This document shows positions 27,482-36,297 of a stretch of 64,000 nt of DNA, in pieces (within the stretch, counting starts at the first letter, position 1; each line of letters begins with the position of its first letter). Below the pieces are notes generated by a model. That model was not told the DNA's origin. It saw nothing but the letters and a program-made list of their open reading frames with translations, and did not search any database. A program made the position numbers and the translations under genes. Source of the stretch: Oceanospirillales bacterium (GTDB lineage: Bacteria; Pseudomonadota; Gammaproteobacteria; Xanthomonadales; SZUA-38); contig QIKT01000183.1 in the NCBI GenBank assembly GCA_003233095.1, forward strand, positions 8,145 through 72,144. The letters are read 5' to 3'.

Positions 27482-29188
27482 ATGACCTTACGATTTCTTA
27501 TTGCATTACTGTTGCTGGCCGGCCTGATGGCCTGCCAATCAGATGATCCGACTGCGCCCGAAGCCTCAGCCACGTCAGAATCGAGTGGCCAAGCCATCAC
27601 CGAACCAGCTGTCGAAGTGGCTGCTGAACTGGCGGCGATTCGACCTGAGGCCTATGCCAGCGTGAAATTGACGGCTGATCTGGGTGCATTTGACGACCGT
27701 CAGCGGCAAATGCTGGGCATTCTGATCGAAGCAGCCAAGGTCATGGACGGTCTGTTCTGGGAGCAGGCTTACGGCAGTGCAGAGGGATTGATGTCCGAGC
27801 TGAGCGATGAGCGTGCGCGAGAATTTGCCAGGATCAACTATGGTCCCTGGGATCGCCTGGACAACAATCGTCCGTTCATTGCCGGCATCGGAGACAAGCC
27901 AGCCGGTGCCCGCTTTTACCCCGCAGACATGAGTAAAGAGGAATTTGAAGCCTCCGCACTGTCTGACAAGGCCGATCTATATACCATCATCGAACGCGAT
28001 GATTCGGGTGAATTGATCAGCAAGCCATACAGCACGGTCTGGCCCGAGCAACTGAACAAGGCAGCCGAGCTGCTCAGACAAGCGGCTGACCTGGCCTCCC
28101 ATGAGGGATTTGCTAACTACCTCAGACTGCGTGCCGATGCCTTGCTGAGCGACGACTATTTCGCCAGCGACCTTGCCTGGATGTCGAATAAGAGCAACCC
28201 GATCGAACTAATCATCGGCCCCATCGAAACCTACGAAGATCAGCTGTTTGGCTACAAAGCGGCATTCGAGGCCTATGTGCTGATCAAGGACCAGGCCTGG
28301 AGTGATCGACTGCAGCGATTCTCAGCCATGCTACCTGCGCTGCAAGAAGGACTGCCGGTAGAAGCGCCCTACAAAGCAGAAGTTCCGGGCAGCGATGCCG
28401 ACCTGAATGCCTATGATGTCATCTACTATGCCGGTGACTGCAATGCCGGCTCCAAGACCATCGCGATCAATCTGCCCAATGATGAACGTGTTCAACTGCA
28501 GCGAGGCACACGCCGACTTCAGCTGAAGAATGCCATGCGCGCCAAATTTGACCAGATTCTGCTACCGCTGGCCGATCAGCTGATTGCTGCCGATCAGCGT
28601 CAGCACATCACCTTCGATGCGTTCTTCGCCAACACCATGTTCCACGAAGTCGCACATGGACTCGGCATCAAGAACACCCTTGATGGCTCAGGCACGGTAC
28701 GTTCGGCTCTGAAGGAGACTGCATCGGCGCTCGAAGAAGGCAAAGCCGACATTCTTGGCCTGTACATGATTACCGAGTTGCACCGTCAGGGCGAGCTTGC
28801 AGATGCCGCACTTGAGGACAACTATGTCACCTTTCTGGCCGGTATTTTCCGCTCGGTTCGCTTTGGCGCTTCATCGGCACATGGCCGCGCCAACATGGTT
28901 CGATTTAACTTCTTCCGCGATCGCGGTGCCTTCAGCCTGGATGAGGCCACCGGCACCTATCGGGTCGACTTCAACAACATGGATCGAGCCATAAGCGAGC
29001 TATCCCGTCTGATCCTGATGATTCAGGGTGATGGTGATTATGATGCTGCACGAACACTGCTGGATGATAAAGGTCGAATCGACGCCCCATTGCAGCAAGC
29101 GCTGGACCGTTTGTCCGATGCCAACATTCCGGTTGATATCGTCTTCGAGCAGGGCGTGGACGTGCTGGGCCTGAATACTCAGAACTAG
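27482..29188 (+). CDS. DPP3-like (M49-related) zinc peptidase/hydrolase lipoprotein
   Basis: Lipobox LLLAGLMAC. MFHEVAHGLG and ALEEGKADILG motifs resemble the two zinc motifs of dipeptidyl-peptidase III. Confidence 0.7.
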   Translation: MTLRFLIALLLLAGLMACQSDDPTAPEASATSESSGQAITEPAVEVAAELAAIRPEAYASVKLTADLGAFDDRQRQMLGILIEAAKVMDGLFWEQAYGSAEGLMSELSDERAREFARINYGPWDRLDNNRPFIAGIGDKPAGARFYPADMSKEEFEASALSDKADLYTIIERDDSGELISKPYSTVWPEQLNKAAELLRQAADLASHEGFANYLRLRADALLSDDYFASDLAWMSNKSNPIELIIGPIETYEDQLFGYKAAFEAYVLIKDQAWSDRLQRFSAMLPALQEGLPVEAPYKAEVPGSDADLNAYDVIYYAGDCNAGSKTIAINLPNDERVQLQRGTRRLQLKNAMRAKFDQILLPLADQLIAADQRQHITFDAFFANTMFHEVAHGLGIKNTLDGSGTVRSALKETASALEEGKADILGLYMITELHRQGELADAALEDNYVTFLAGIFRSVRFGASSAHGRANMVRFNFFRDRGAFSLDEATGTYRVDFNNMDRAISELSRLILMIQGDGDYDAARTLLDDKGRIDAPLQQALDRLSDANIPVDIVFEQGVDVLGLNTQN

Positions 29189-29379
29189 TCAGCGAAACCC
29201 ATGCATGAACCCCTTCGTCGTCAAGAGGGGCTCATGCGCTGACAAACCTGGGCTTGCCAACATTCCCAGGCAATTGATTTTATTGCATTAATTTTTCAGT
29301 TCATGATTACTCATCAACCAGTCATGCTTGCCCTGGCAGGCTCGACTATGCTCTCACGACATGCCAAAGAGAGAGAATC

Positions 29380-29811
29380 ATGCGCCTGATCCAAGCCACC
29401 CTCGCACTGCTGCTTCTGGTGGCCTGCAATAGCATGGCTGCCACCATTACCGTCACCACACTGTCTGATAGTGGTTCGCAGAGCGACGGAAGCTGCAGTC
29501 TGCGGGAGGCCATCACGGCCGCCTCTCAGAATAGTGCCATCGATACCTGCAACGCAGGCCAGGACAGTGATGATCTGATCCTGATTGACCCACTACTGAT
29601 CTCCAGCGATCCCACTCTGTTTCGAATTGACTTGACGGCCCCTCTGTTGCCAGGTGGTGGCAATCTGACGATTGAAGGCCCGGCAGACCAACGACTGATC
29701 ATCAGCGGTGACGAACCAGTGCAGATCATGCGGGTCGACATGCAGCCGGCCGTTTCAAGGCCTGAACCCAGTCATTTCGGGGGCTGGCGAAGACCACGAA
29801 ATCGGGATTGA
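29380..29811 (+). pseudogene. Truncated CSLREA N-terminal-domain protein gene (5' remnant)
   Basis: Signal/lipobox LLLLVAC, then GSCSLREAITAAS and NLTIEGPADQRLIISG. These are typical of the N-terminus of very large repetitive exoproteins. Similarity ends near 29740, and the ORF then runs antisense into cysQ. Confidence 0.55.
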
Positions 29812-30547
29812 GCAAGGAGTTCTTGGTGTTGTATCGACGGGGTGAAAAGTCTGTCTTGCAGACCTGACCGCCTGCCGCGTTGACAATGCAGTGCGCTGCG
29901 GCCGAATCCCATTCGGAGGTCGGACCCAGCCTGAGATACAGATCGGCCTTGCCCATGGCGACATAACAAAACTTCAGTGAGCTGCCCAGACTGATCAACT
30001 CATGATCAGGCAATGCTTCAAGGAACGAGCGCATTCGGTCGCTGACATGCGAGCGCGAGCCGGCAATGACCAGGGTCGGCTCAGCCTCCTTGCACTGGAT
30101 CGTCCGCGGGGGTTCGCTCGCTGATTGATACCACGCCGATCCGCCAGCCATCGCATAGAACAACTCACCGGTGACCGGCGCAAGGATGACACCCATCACC
30201 GGTTCGTGCTGATCGATCAGGGCAATGTTGACCGTAAATTCGCCATTGCGCTTGATGAATTCGCGAGTACCGTCCAGCGGATCGATCAGCCAATATCGAG
30301 ACCATTGCTGCCGCTCAGAAAATGGAATCGAATCGGATTCTTCGGATAACACCGGAATATCCGGGGTCAGGGCCCTCAGTGAATCGACAATGTGATGATG
30401 CGAGGCCATATCCGCCGCTGTCAGCGGTGATTCATCCTGTTTGGTGTCCACTTCGAAATCGCGTTCATAGACCGTCAGGATGCGTCGTCCCGCTTCGCGG
30501 GCAATGTCGATCACGTGTAGCAGACAATCCATCGGTTCAGAACTCAT
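29726..30547 (-). CDS. cysQ: 3'(2'),5'-bisphosphate nucleotidase
   Basis: IMPase fold with CysQ-type motifs (SPLTAADMASH, WLIDPLDGTREF, WDSAAAHCIV). ATG 30547 overlaps the upstream stop by 11 nt. Confidence 0.8.
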   Translation of the reverse strand: MSSEPMDCLLHVIDIAREAGRRILTVYERDFEVDTKQDESPLTAADMASHHHIVDSLRALTPDIPVLSEESDSIPFSERQQWSRYWLIDPLDGTREFIKRNGEFTVNIALIDQHEPVMGVILAPVTGELFYAMAGGSAWYQSASEPPRTIQCKEAEPTLVIAGSRSHVSDRMRSFLEALPDHELISLGSSLKFCYVAMGKADLYLRLGPTSEWDSAAAHCIVNAAGGQVCKTDFSPRRYNTKNSLLNPDFVVFASPRNDWVQALKRPAACRPA

Positions 30548-31337
30548 GCAAACTCTCCAGAACCTGATCGTGCAAATGGCCATTGGTCGCCAGAATGCTT
30601 CGGGTCGACAGGCTGACAGGCTTGCCTTGAAGATCGGTCATGCGTCCACCGGCGGCCTGCACGGCAACACACAGGGCAGCAATATCCAGAATATTCAGGT
30701 CCGACTCGATGACGATGTCCAACTGCCCACTGGCAAGCATATGATAATGACAGTAATCGCCGTAACCTCGCGTCTTGTTGACCTGCCCGATCAGTCGGCC
30801 ATAGGACTGCCACATCGGTGACGCGGCCAGTGACGCGATATTGCCACTCGACAACACGGCTTGGTCCAAAGATGACACGACCGAACAACGCACTGCGGCC
30901 CCATTAAGAGTCACCTGGGTCAGTTCAGGACTGTGGATGGCCAGACATCGTTCACCAGCCAGTGGCGCATTGGAGACTCCGAGCACAAGTCTGCCCGATG
31001 CCATCAGTGCAATCTGGGTTGAGAAATACACACTGCCACGAACAAAACTCTTTGTGCCATCGATCGGATCGACCAGCCATTGCAATGGCGCGTCCTGATT
31101 GGCGCGGCCACTCTCCTCACCGTACCAGCCATGATCGGGGCATTGCTCTTCAATCATCTGCCTGATGCAGTGTTCAGCAGCAATATCGGCATTAGTCACT
31201 GGCGTTAGATCAGATTTTTGATGCACTTCGAAGCGTCCGTGAAAATGCTCCAGAATGATGCGTTCTGCGGCAATCACCGCTGTCTCTGCGAGACTCAGGT
31301 AAGTCTTCAGTTGCTCGCGGTCAGGGGTGGGGTTCAT
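30537..31337 (-). CDS. Inositol monophosphatase family protein (SuhB/HisN-like)
   Basis: 266 aa with WLVDPIDGTKSFVRG and the other IMPase motifs. Its start forms an ATGA overlap with the gspN stop. Confidence 0.85.
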   Translation of the reverse strand: MNPTPDREQLKTYLSLAETAVIAAERIILEHFHGRFEVHQKSDLTPVTNADIAAEHCIRQMIEEQCPDHGWYGEESGRANQDAPLQWLVDPIDGTKSFVRGSVYFSTQIALMASGRLVLGVSNAPLAGERCLAIHSPELTQVTLNGAAVRCSVVSSLDQAVLSSGNIASLAASPMWQSYGRLIGQVNKTRGYGDYCHYHMLASGQLDIVIESDLNILDIAALCVAVQAAGGRMTDLQGKPVSLSTRSILATNGHLHDQVLESLHEF

Positions 31338-32110
31338 GTGTCAAGATCATGGATTGAGAGTAGCGGGCCACGAATTGACACATGCGTCAAACCAACCTTG
31401 TCACTGGGCCCAAAAAGTGCCAGTGACTGCTCCAGTACGGCGTCAGGATAGCGGGGTTTCATGGCCAGTGTGACCCGATATTCACTCTCGCTCAGAGTGA
31501 CGTCTCCGATCACTTCAAGCAACCCGCCCAAATCATTGATCTGACCCCGAATGCCTTTTTCATCGGTCGTCCAGCGAGTCTGGATCGATCCGAGACTGAC
31601 GCTGGAATCGACACGAATGCTGGCATCTCTCCAGGTGGCTTCGCCGTCGATCGAGACCAACATGCCATTCTCATCCAGCCACAGCTGCTGGATGTCAAAC
31701 TCGACCTCACCGCCCAGAACCACACCGGGTTGCTGCAGTATATGCTGGATCCAGCGACTGCCAGCGCGTCCTCTCAAGTCGCTGATGTGTGTTGCCGATG
31801 AGAACAGCGACCGCTGTAGTCGGGCCGAACCACTTTGCACGCTGTGACTGACGGTCAGCGCCAGATCGGCTTTCAGCATCAGCAGCGAACCCACATCGAG
31901 TTGCCATTGCACGTCACCAACAGGCACACCGTCAATGCTCAAACCAATCACTTCACCGGCGAGCAAAGTGCCTTCTATCGATGTCCATTGTGAGGGCGTG
32001 GGCAGCAACTGCGACAAGGCGCGGCTGGCTGGATACTTCCACAGCAGCATGCCGGCAAAAATCACGACACCCAGCAGCAGCAAAACGGTCCATTTGAGGA
32101 CACGAAGCAT
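31334..32110 (-). CDS. gspN: Type II secretion system protein N
   Basis: 258 aa with an N-terminal TM segment. Called from its position after gspM and GspN-like length and pattern. Confidence 0.7.
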   Translation of the reverse strand: MLRVLKWTVLLLLGVVIFAGMLLWKYPASRALSQLLPTPSQWTSIEGTLLAGEVIGLSIDGVPVGDVQWQLDVGSLLMLKADLALTVSHSVQSGSARLQRSLFSSATHISDLRGRAGSRWIQHILQQPGVVLGGEVEFDIQQLWLDENGMLVSIDGEATWRDASIRVDSSVSLGSIQTRWTTDEKGIRGQINDLGGLLEVIGDVTLSESEYRVTLAMKPRYPDAVLEQSLALFGPSDKVGLTHVSIRGPLLSIHDLDT

Positions 32111-32112
32111 AC

Positions 32113-32616
32113 TCAGCGCTCGCTCAACAGCAATCGAGCATCGACCAGACCGGGCAGGTCCAACTGACTGACATCGGCTTCAAGAGCGACAATCCCGTAC
32201 TCGGTGGAAAGGTCTTGTAACCACTGGACCATCGCATCGAAATTCGCCTGATCCATCCAGATTCTGACCCGCGTCGAGCCATCCGGTTCACCGCGACGGA
32301 AAGCATCGGCAAGGTTGGCTGTTCGCGCACTGGACTCGACCAGCGCCAGCATCGATTGATTGCCGCGCTGCGCTCTGGCCATAACCGAGGTTGCCGGAGT
32401 TGTGCTGAGTGCCGATTGCGCCGTTTTCATCCAGACCAAATCGGACTGTGCGGTCTCCAGTGCCGACGCGGTGACCACCTGCTTCAAGGCGATCGGCCGC
32501 CAGACCCATAACCAGACCAGAAAAATGACCAGCACCAGCAGCATCATCAACAGCAAGTGTCGCTCGCGCGCCTGAAGTCCTTGCCACCACACTGAGAGAC
32601 CTCCTGAACGACTCAT
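32113..32616 (-). CDS. gspM: Type II secretion system protein M
   Basis: 167 aa, single TM segment (HLLLMMLLVLVIFLVWLWVW) and a periplasmic ferredoxin-like domain. ATGA overlap with gspL. Confidence 0.8.
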   Translation of the reverse strand: MSRSGGLSVWWQGLQARERHLLLMMLLVLVIFLVWLWVWRPIALKQVVTASALETAQSDLVWMKTAQSALSTTPATSVMARAQRGNQSMLALVESSARTANLADAFRRGEPDGSTRVRIWMDQANFDAMVQWLQDLSTEYGIVALEADVSQLDLPGLVDARLLLSER

Positions 32617-33824
32617 ATTCGACGCACCCGCATTTCAACCACAGCCTGACTGGATTGGGTGACTGCCGAGTCAATGTTCACGCCGATCGTTCCCATATCT
32701 TCCAGCGACTGCTGCAGTTTATCAATGCTGGCCAGGTCCGGTGCGGTCAGACTCAGCACCAATTGCTGCTGCCTGAATGACACACCTGTCAATGTGACTG
32801 AACGATCCTCAGCCAACGCAGGGCCAACCAACGACAGCATGCTCAGGAAAGTATCGCCAGCGTCTGTACCCTGACGTGATTCAAATGCTTGTTGCATCTG
32901 TTCGCGAGGGAAACGCACTTCGGTAATCTCGGGAAAGCTGCGCTTGATGATGGCCAGTTGCTCCTCTCGCGTTTGAGTCAAGGCATCCTCCTGGTCAGAC
33001 AGAGTTATCCAGCGAGTCGAGAGAACCACTAGTGCACTGAGCAACAGAGTTGCCGCTGCACATGTCCACAGTCTGACCCCCTTGTGCAAGCGCTCAGGCG
33101 TCTGAGTCAGTCCACCTGACATCAGGTTCAATCGGCTGGGTGAGCTCTGAACTCCGGCGAACAGATCGACCAGACCCGGCGAAGGCGCGTTGTCTTGAAC
33201 CGATTGGCCGGCGGCACTGAGCGCTGTGGTCATCAATCGACATGATGACTGCGTCTGATCAGAGTGGCCGACCGGATACAGATGCACGACCGAGTGATCA
33301 ACCTGCATGGCACACACGATCAGCGCTTCATCAAGGCCCATCACGAAACCCCGAGTTCTGGATGTACGAACCAGAACACGCTTGCCTTCAATCGCAATGC
33401 TGATCGATTGATCCGAATCGGGAAGACACATCATGTCCGGTCGCACCTGTCTGATCGACAGATCAAGCTTGCTGATCAGATCTTGCCAGACGCGCATCTG
33501 TGACTTCGAAGTCGCCGCGACCTGATGATGAGCCGAGTCGATGCGCTCGCCCAACGAGAAATGATAGTGATCAATCTCTTCGGCCAGTTGCTCTTCGACC
33601 GCGAAAGGCATGGCCTGGCGAAGCCGGCCTTGATTGCTTCCAGGGAGCGACGCGTCCAGCAAGACCACTTGCTCACCTGGCACAATGACATCGATTGACG
33701 AATAGCTTCGGCCACGCAGTCGTAACGATTGGACATCGGCAAAACCCGATTCCTGCTCGTCAAACCAGCACAGCGCAGACTCGTCGTCAGTCGCGTTCAG
33801 ATAGATACTCAGGAGTTTACTCAT
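32613..33824 (-). CDS. gspL: Type II secretion system protein L
   Basis: From ATG 33824 (MSKLLSIYLN...), an 8-nt overlap with the gspK stop. Cytoplasmic actin-like domain, a TM segment, then a periplasmic domain. Confidence 0.8.
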   Translation of the reverse strand: MSKLLSIYLNATDDESALCWFDEQESGFADVQSLRLRGRSYSSIDVIVPGEQVVLLDASLPGSNQGRLRQAMPFAVEEQLAEEIDHYHFSLGERIDSAHHQVAATSKSQMRVWQDLISKLDLSIRQVRPDMMCLPDSDQSISIAIEGKRVLVRTSRTRGFVMGLDEALIVCAMQVDHSVVHLYPVGHSDQTQSSCRLMTTALSAAGQSVQDNAPSPGLVDLFAGVQSSPSRLNLMSGGLTQTPERLHKGVRLWTCAAATLLLSALVVLSTRWITLSDQEDALTQTREEQLAIIKRSFPEITEVRFPREQMQQAFESRQGTDAGDTFLSMLSLVGPALAEDRSVTLTGVSFRQQQLVLSLTAPDLASIDKLQQSLEDMGTIGVNIDSAVTQSSQAVVEMRVRRI

Positions 33825-34764
33825 AGTGTCCGCGAAGTCGTCCGATGACTTGAAACGAGGTCGTCGTCTGCTCAATCAGTGAGGCATAATGCTGCACCTG
33901 CTGATCAATTTCAATGGCACCGCTGGCCAGAAAATAGCGGCTGTCGACTCCAACACTGCCGATCAGCTGTGTCCAGGCGACATCCTTCAGTTCGGGCTGC
34001 TCGAAGAACTCGCTCAAATTGCGATATTCTGCCTGCCCATTCTGATACAAACGTTCGGCCAGTTGCGGCGTGATCTGCTCGAGAATTGACCGCAGTACCT
34101 CGGGCGTCGCCGTATTGATGTTGAGCAGGCTTGGCGACTCTGGTGCGGGCAATGCCGCCACGTGAGGCCTCAGTGTCTGGTATACCGTCTCATCCACACC
34201 TCGTATCAGACGCAATTCACTGACCTGGACAAAAGGACGGTTGGCCGCTCGATAGGGTGGACTCTGGCGCAGATAGGCTGGATCCTCAGCACCGGATTGT
34301 TCGGCGATCCGATCAGTATCCTGCCAATCAAGCACCGCTGCACCAACCGCAGGATCAATCTGCAAGATCTCCAGAAGGCGTTCGAAGCGTTCGATCTGAA
34401 CGGTCTGCTGGCGGTTGCCTGCGAACAGGTTATTCAGATTGAAACGTCCATCCAGATCAATCATTCGACCTGTCAAGCGCCCTTCTGGAAGCTCGATGGG
34501 CGGAGCCCCCTGGGCCCAGATTTCTCGGCGTGAATCGAGCAGCCCGGTCTCCTGGTGATCGTCAGTCAGAATACTGATGCCCCAGGCCTCCAGCCCGTAA
34601 CTGTACTGATCAGTCTGCAGCATGCGCTTGAGTGCGGCAGTTCGTTGTATATCAAGCTGCAGATCCAGGCTCATCGATGTCACCAGAATACTGACCACGG
34701 CAACCACCAACAAGACGGTGACCAACGCCACACCCTCGCAGCGACACGGTGGCTGGTTGTTCAT
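33817..34764 (-). CDS. gspK: Type II secretion minor pseudopilin K
   Basis: 315 aa. N-terminal GVALVTVLLVVAVVSIL and GspK helix-hairpin-helix-like repeats. Confidence 0.85.
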   Translation of the reverse strand: MNNQPPCRCEGVALVTVLLVVAVVSILVTSMSLDLQLDIQRTAALKRMLQTDQYSYGLEAWGISILTDDHQETGLLDSRREIWAQGAPPIELPEGRLTGRMIDLDGRFNLNNLFAGNRQQTVQIERFERLLEILQIDPAVGAAVLDWQDTDRIAEQSGAEDPAYLRQSPPYRAANRPFVQVSELRLIRGVDETVYQTLRPHVAALPAPESPSLLNINTATPEVLRSILEQITPQLAERLYQNGQAEYRNLSEFFEQPELKDVAWTQLIGSVGVDSRYFLASGAIEIDQQVQHYASLIEQTTTSFQVIGRLRGHYE

Positions 34765-35399
34765 GATGTGGGCACTCCGATGGGACGGTCCGGTGCCGGC
34801 AGCGCGGTCAGTGGCAACAACCTGGACAGATCACCCAGCGAGGTGACACTGAGGTTCAGCTCGATGGCCCTGGGCCATCTGAGCAGGCGCTGTTGCGGAT
34901 CGGTTTGCCCAGGTGGTGGCCACTGACTCTGCCACTGGCGATCCTCATCCAGGAAACGCAGACTCATGCGCTGCACATCGTCCAACAACACGTCATCAAT
35001 CGGTTGACTGCCGGGCGTGCGATCGAGAACCGGCCAGCGCCGACGAATCAATTGATTGTTCTGCAGCCGATATTCGACCCGCTGCAGCGTCTGAGTGCGC
35101 GCCCAGGCCGCATCACGCCCCTGCTGCAAGGTGATCGCAACTGACTGTCGTCCACCTGACAAGGCAGGTTGATCATCACCCAATTGATCCCGGACCGGTC
35201 TGGGGACAGCATGACGCACATCCCGATCCAGTAATCCCAAGGCAAATTGTGCTGCCACCAGATCCTGAGAACTCTTTTCCAACGCCTCCTGGCTGAGCGT
35301 CATGTTCTGCAACCCCAGAATCGCCATCACGCTGACCGTGGCAAACAGGCCGATGGCAACCAGCAACTCGATCAGTGTAAAACCATGCTGCTGTTTCAT
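34761..35399 (-). CDS. gspJ: Type II secretion minor pseudopilin J
   Basis: MKQQHG|FTLIELLVAIGLF prepilin-type N-terminus. 212 aa. Confidence 0.85.
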   Translation of the reverse strand: MKQQHGFTLIELLVAIGLFATVSVMAILGLQNMTLSQEALEKSSQDLVAAQFALGLLDRDVRHAVPRPVRDQLGDDQPALSGGRQSVAITLQQGRDAAWARTQTLQRVEYRLQNNQLIRRRWPVLDRTPGSQPIDDVLLDDVQRMSLRFLDEDRQWQSQWPPPGQTDPQQRLLRWPRAIELNLSVTSLGDLSRLLPLTALPAPDRPIGVPTS

Positions 35400-35806
35400 T
35401 CGCCTGGTGTCCCTGCGAACGAGGTCAAACGGCTGACCGCCTGGGACCGTGCTGCATCAGAAAATACCGCAATTTCCAGGCGTCTGATTGACTCAACTGC
35501 GGTATTACTGACCTCCAGCTCCCAGTACCATAATGAGGTACCCATGGTTGATTGACCGGTTCGAAGTCCGGTCGGAGGCAACACCGGTTCAAGCCGGACT
35601 GATTCGATGGCATTGCTCGCCACCCATAGTGCCATGGTCGGTTGGTGCAACTGCGAGCGGGCGCTGGCGTTCTCCATCCCAACCTTGATCATGCCAGACA
35701 AGGCCAGCGCAAGAACCAGCAATGCAACCAGTACTTCGATCAGACTGAACCCTGCTGCCGATCTGATACAGATGGGTGCCCGCGTCTGTCTCATGAATTG
35801 GCTCAT
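35396..35806 (-). CDS. gspI: Type II secretion minor pseudopilin I
   Basis: ...SAAG|FSLIEVLVALLVLA prepilin-type N-terminus. The leader is unusually long unless ATG 35794 is the start. Confidence 0.8.
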   Translation of the reverse strand: MSQFMRQTRAPICIRSAAGFSLIEVLVALLVLALALSGMIKVGMENASARSQLHQPTMALWVASNAIESVRLEPVLPPTGLRTGQSTMGTSLWYWELEVSNTAVESIRRLEIAVFSDAARSQAVSRLTSFAGTPGE

Positions 35807-36276
35807 GGCCCTTGATCAGTCACAGCATCGATCGATAACTGTCCATCAAGTGTGCCACGCAGTATTCTCTGCCGTCCCTGATCCCGAAGCGATAAAACGA
35901 AAGGCGACATTTCGCCACTGGCCACACAGATGACACGCGGAACCACTTCTTCACCCGGAGTAGAACGTTGTTCCAGCTGAAGTGAAGCGGTCACGCCGTC
36001 GGGGAATTGACGAGGCCGGTAGACTCGACTGTTCTCGATAGGCCACCACTGCTGCCCGTCAAATCGCTCGAACAGATAACCCTGTTCCTCGATCTGCAGA
36101 GCGCGAGGGATCGCATCAAGCATCGCCGCATCGCACTGTATGTCGATCAATGCTTGCAGGCGACTGGCTTCGCGCTCAAGAACCCACTCAGGGTCGGAGG
36201 TGTTGATACTGAGAACGACCGCTGTGGCCATGACCGCAATGATCACAACGACCAGCAGCACTTCGATCAGGGTCAT
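35803..36276 (-). CDS. gspH: Type II secretion minor pseudopilin H (start codon unresolved)
   Basis: Mature-type N-terminus G|MTLIEVLLVVVIIAV at 36276 and a GspH-like body. The track ORF (35803-36603) stays open 109 codons further upstream through the A/B composite repeat. There is no ATG, GTG or TTG in 36277-36297. Confidence 0.7.
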   Translation of the reverse strand: MTLIEVLLVVVIIAVMATAVVLSINTSDPEWVLEREASRLQALIDIQCDAAMLDAIPRALQIEEQGYLFERFDGQQWWPIENSRVYRPRQFPDGVTASLQLEQRSTPGEEVVPRVICVASGEMSPFVLSLRDQGRQRILRGTLDGQLSIDAVTDQGP

Positions 36277-36297
36277 CCCCTGTTCTGATCGTCCTGG

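Noticed and set aside
29203-29237. Hairpins after the DPP3-like gene (GCATGAACCCCTT...AAGAGGGGCTCATGC) and after the MBL gene (CGGGGCGA...TCGCCCCG, 20128-20158) as intrinsic terminators
   Set aside because: The stems are real but imperfect or have a long loop, and neither is followed by a T-run. They are not reported as features.
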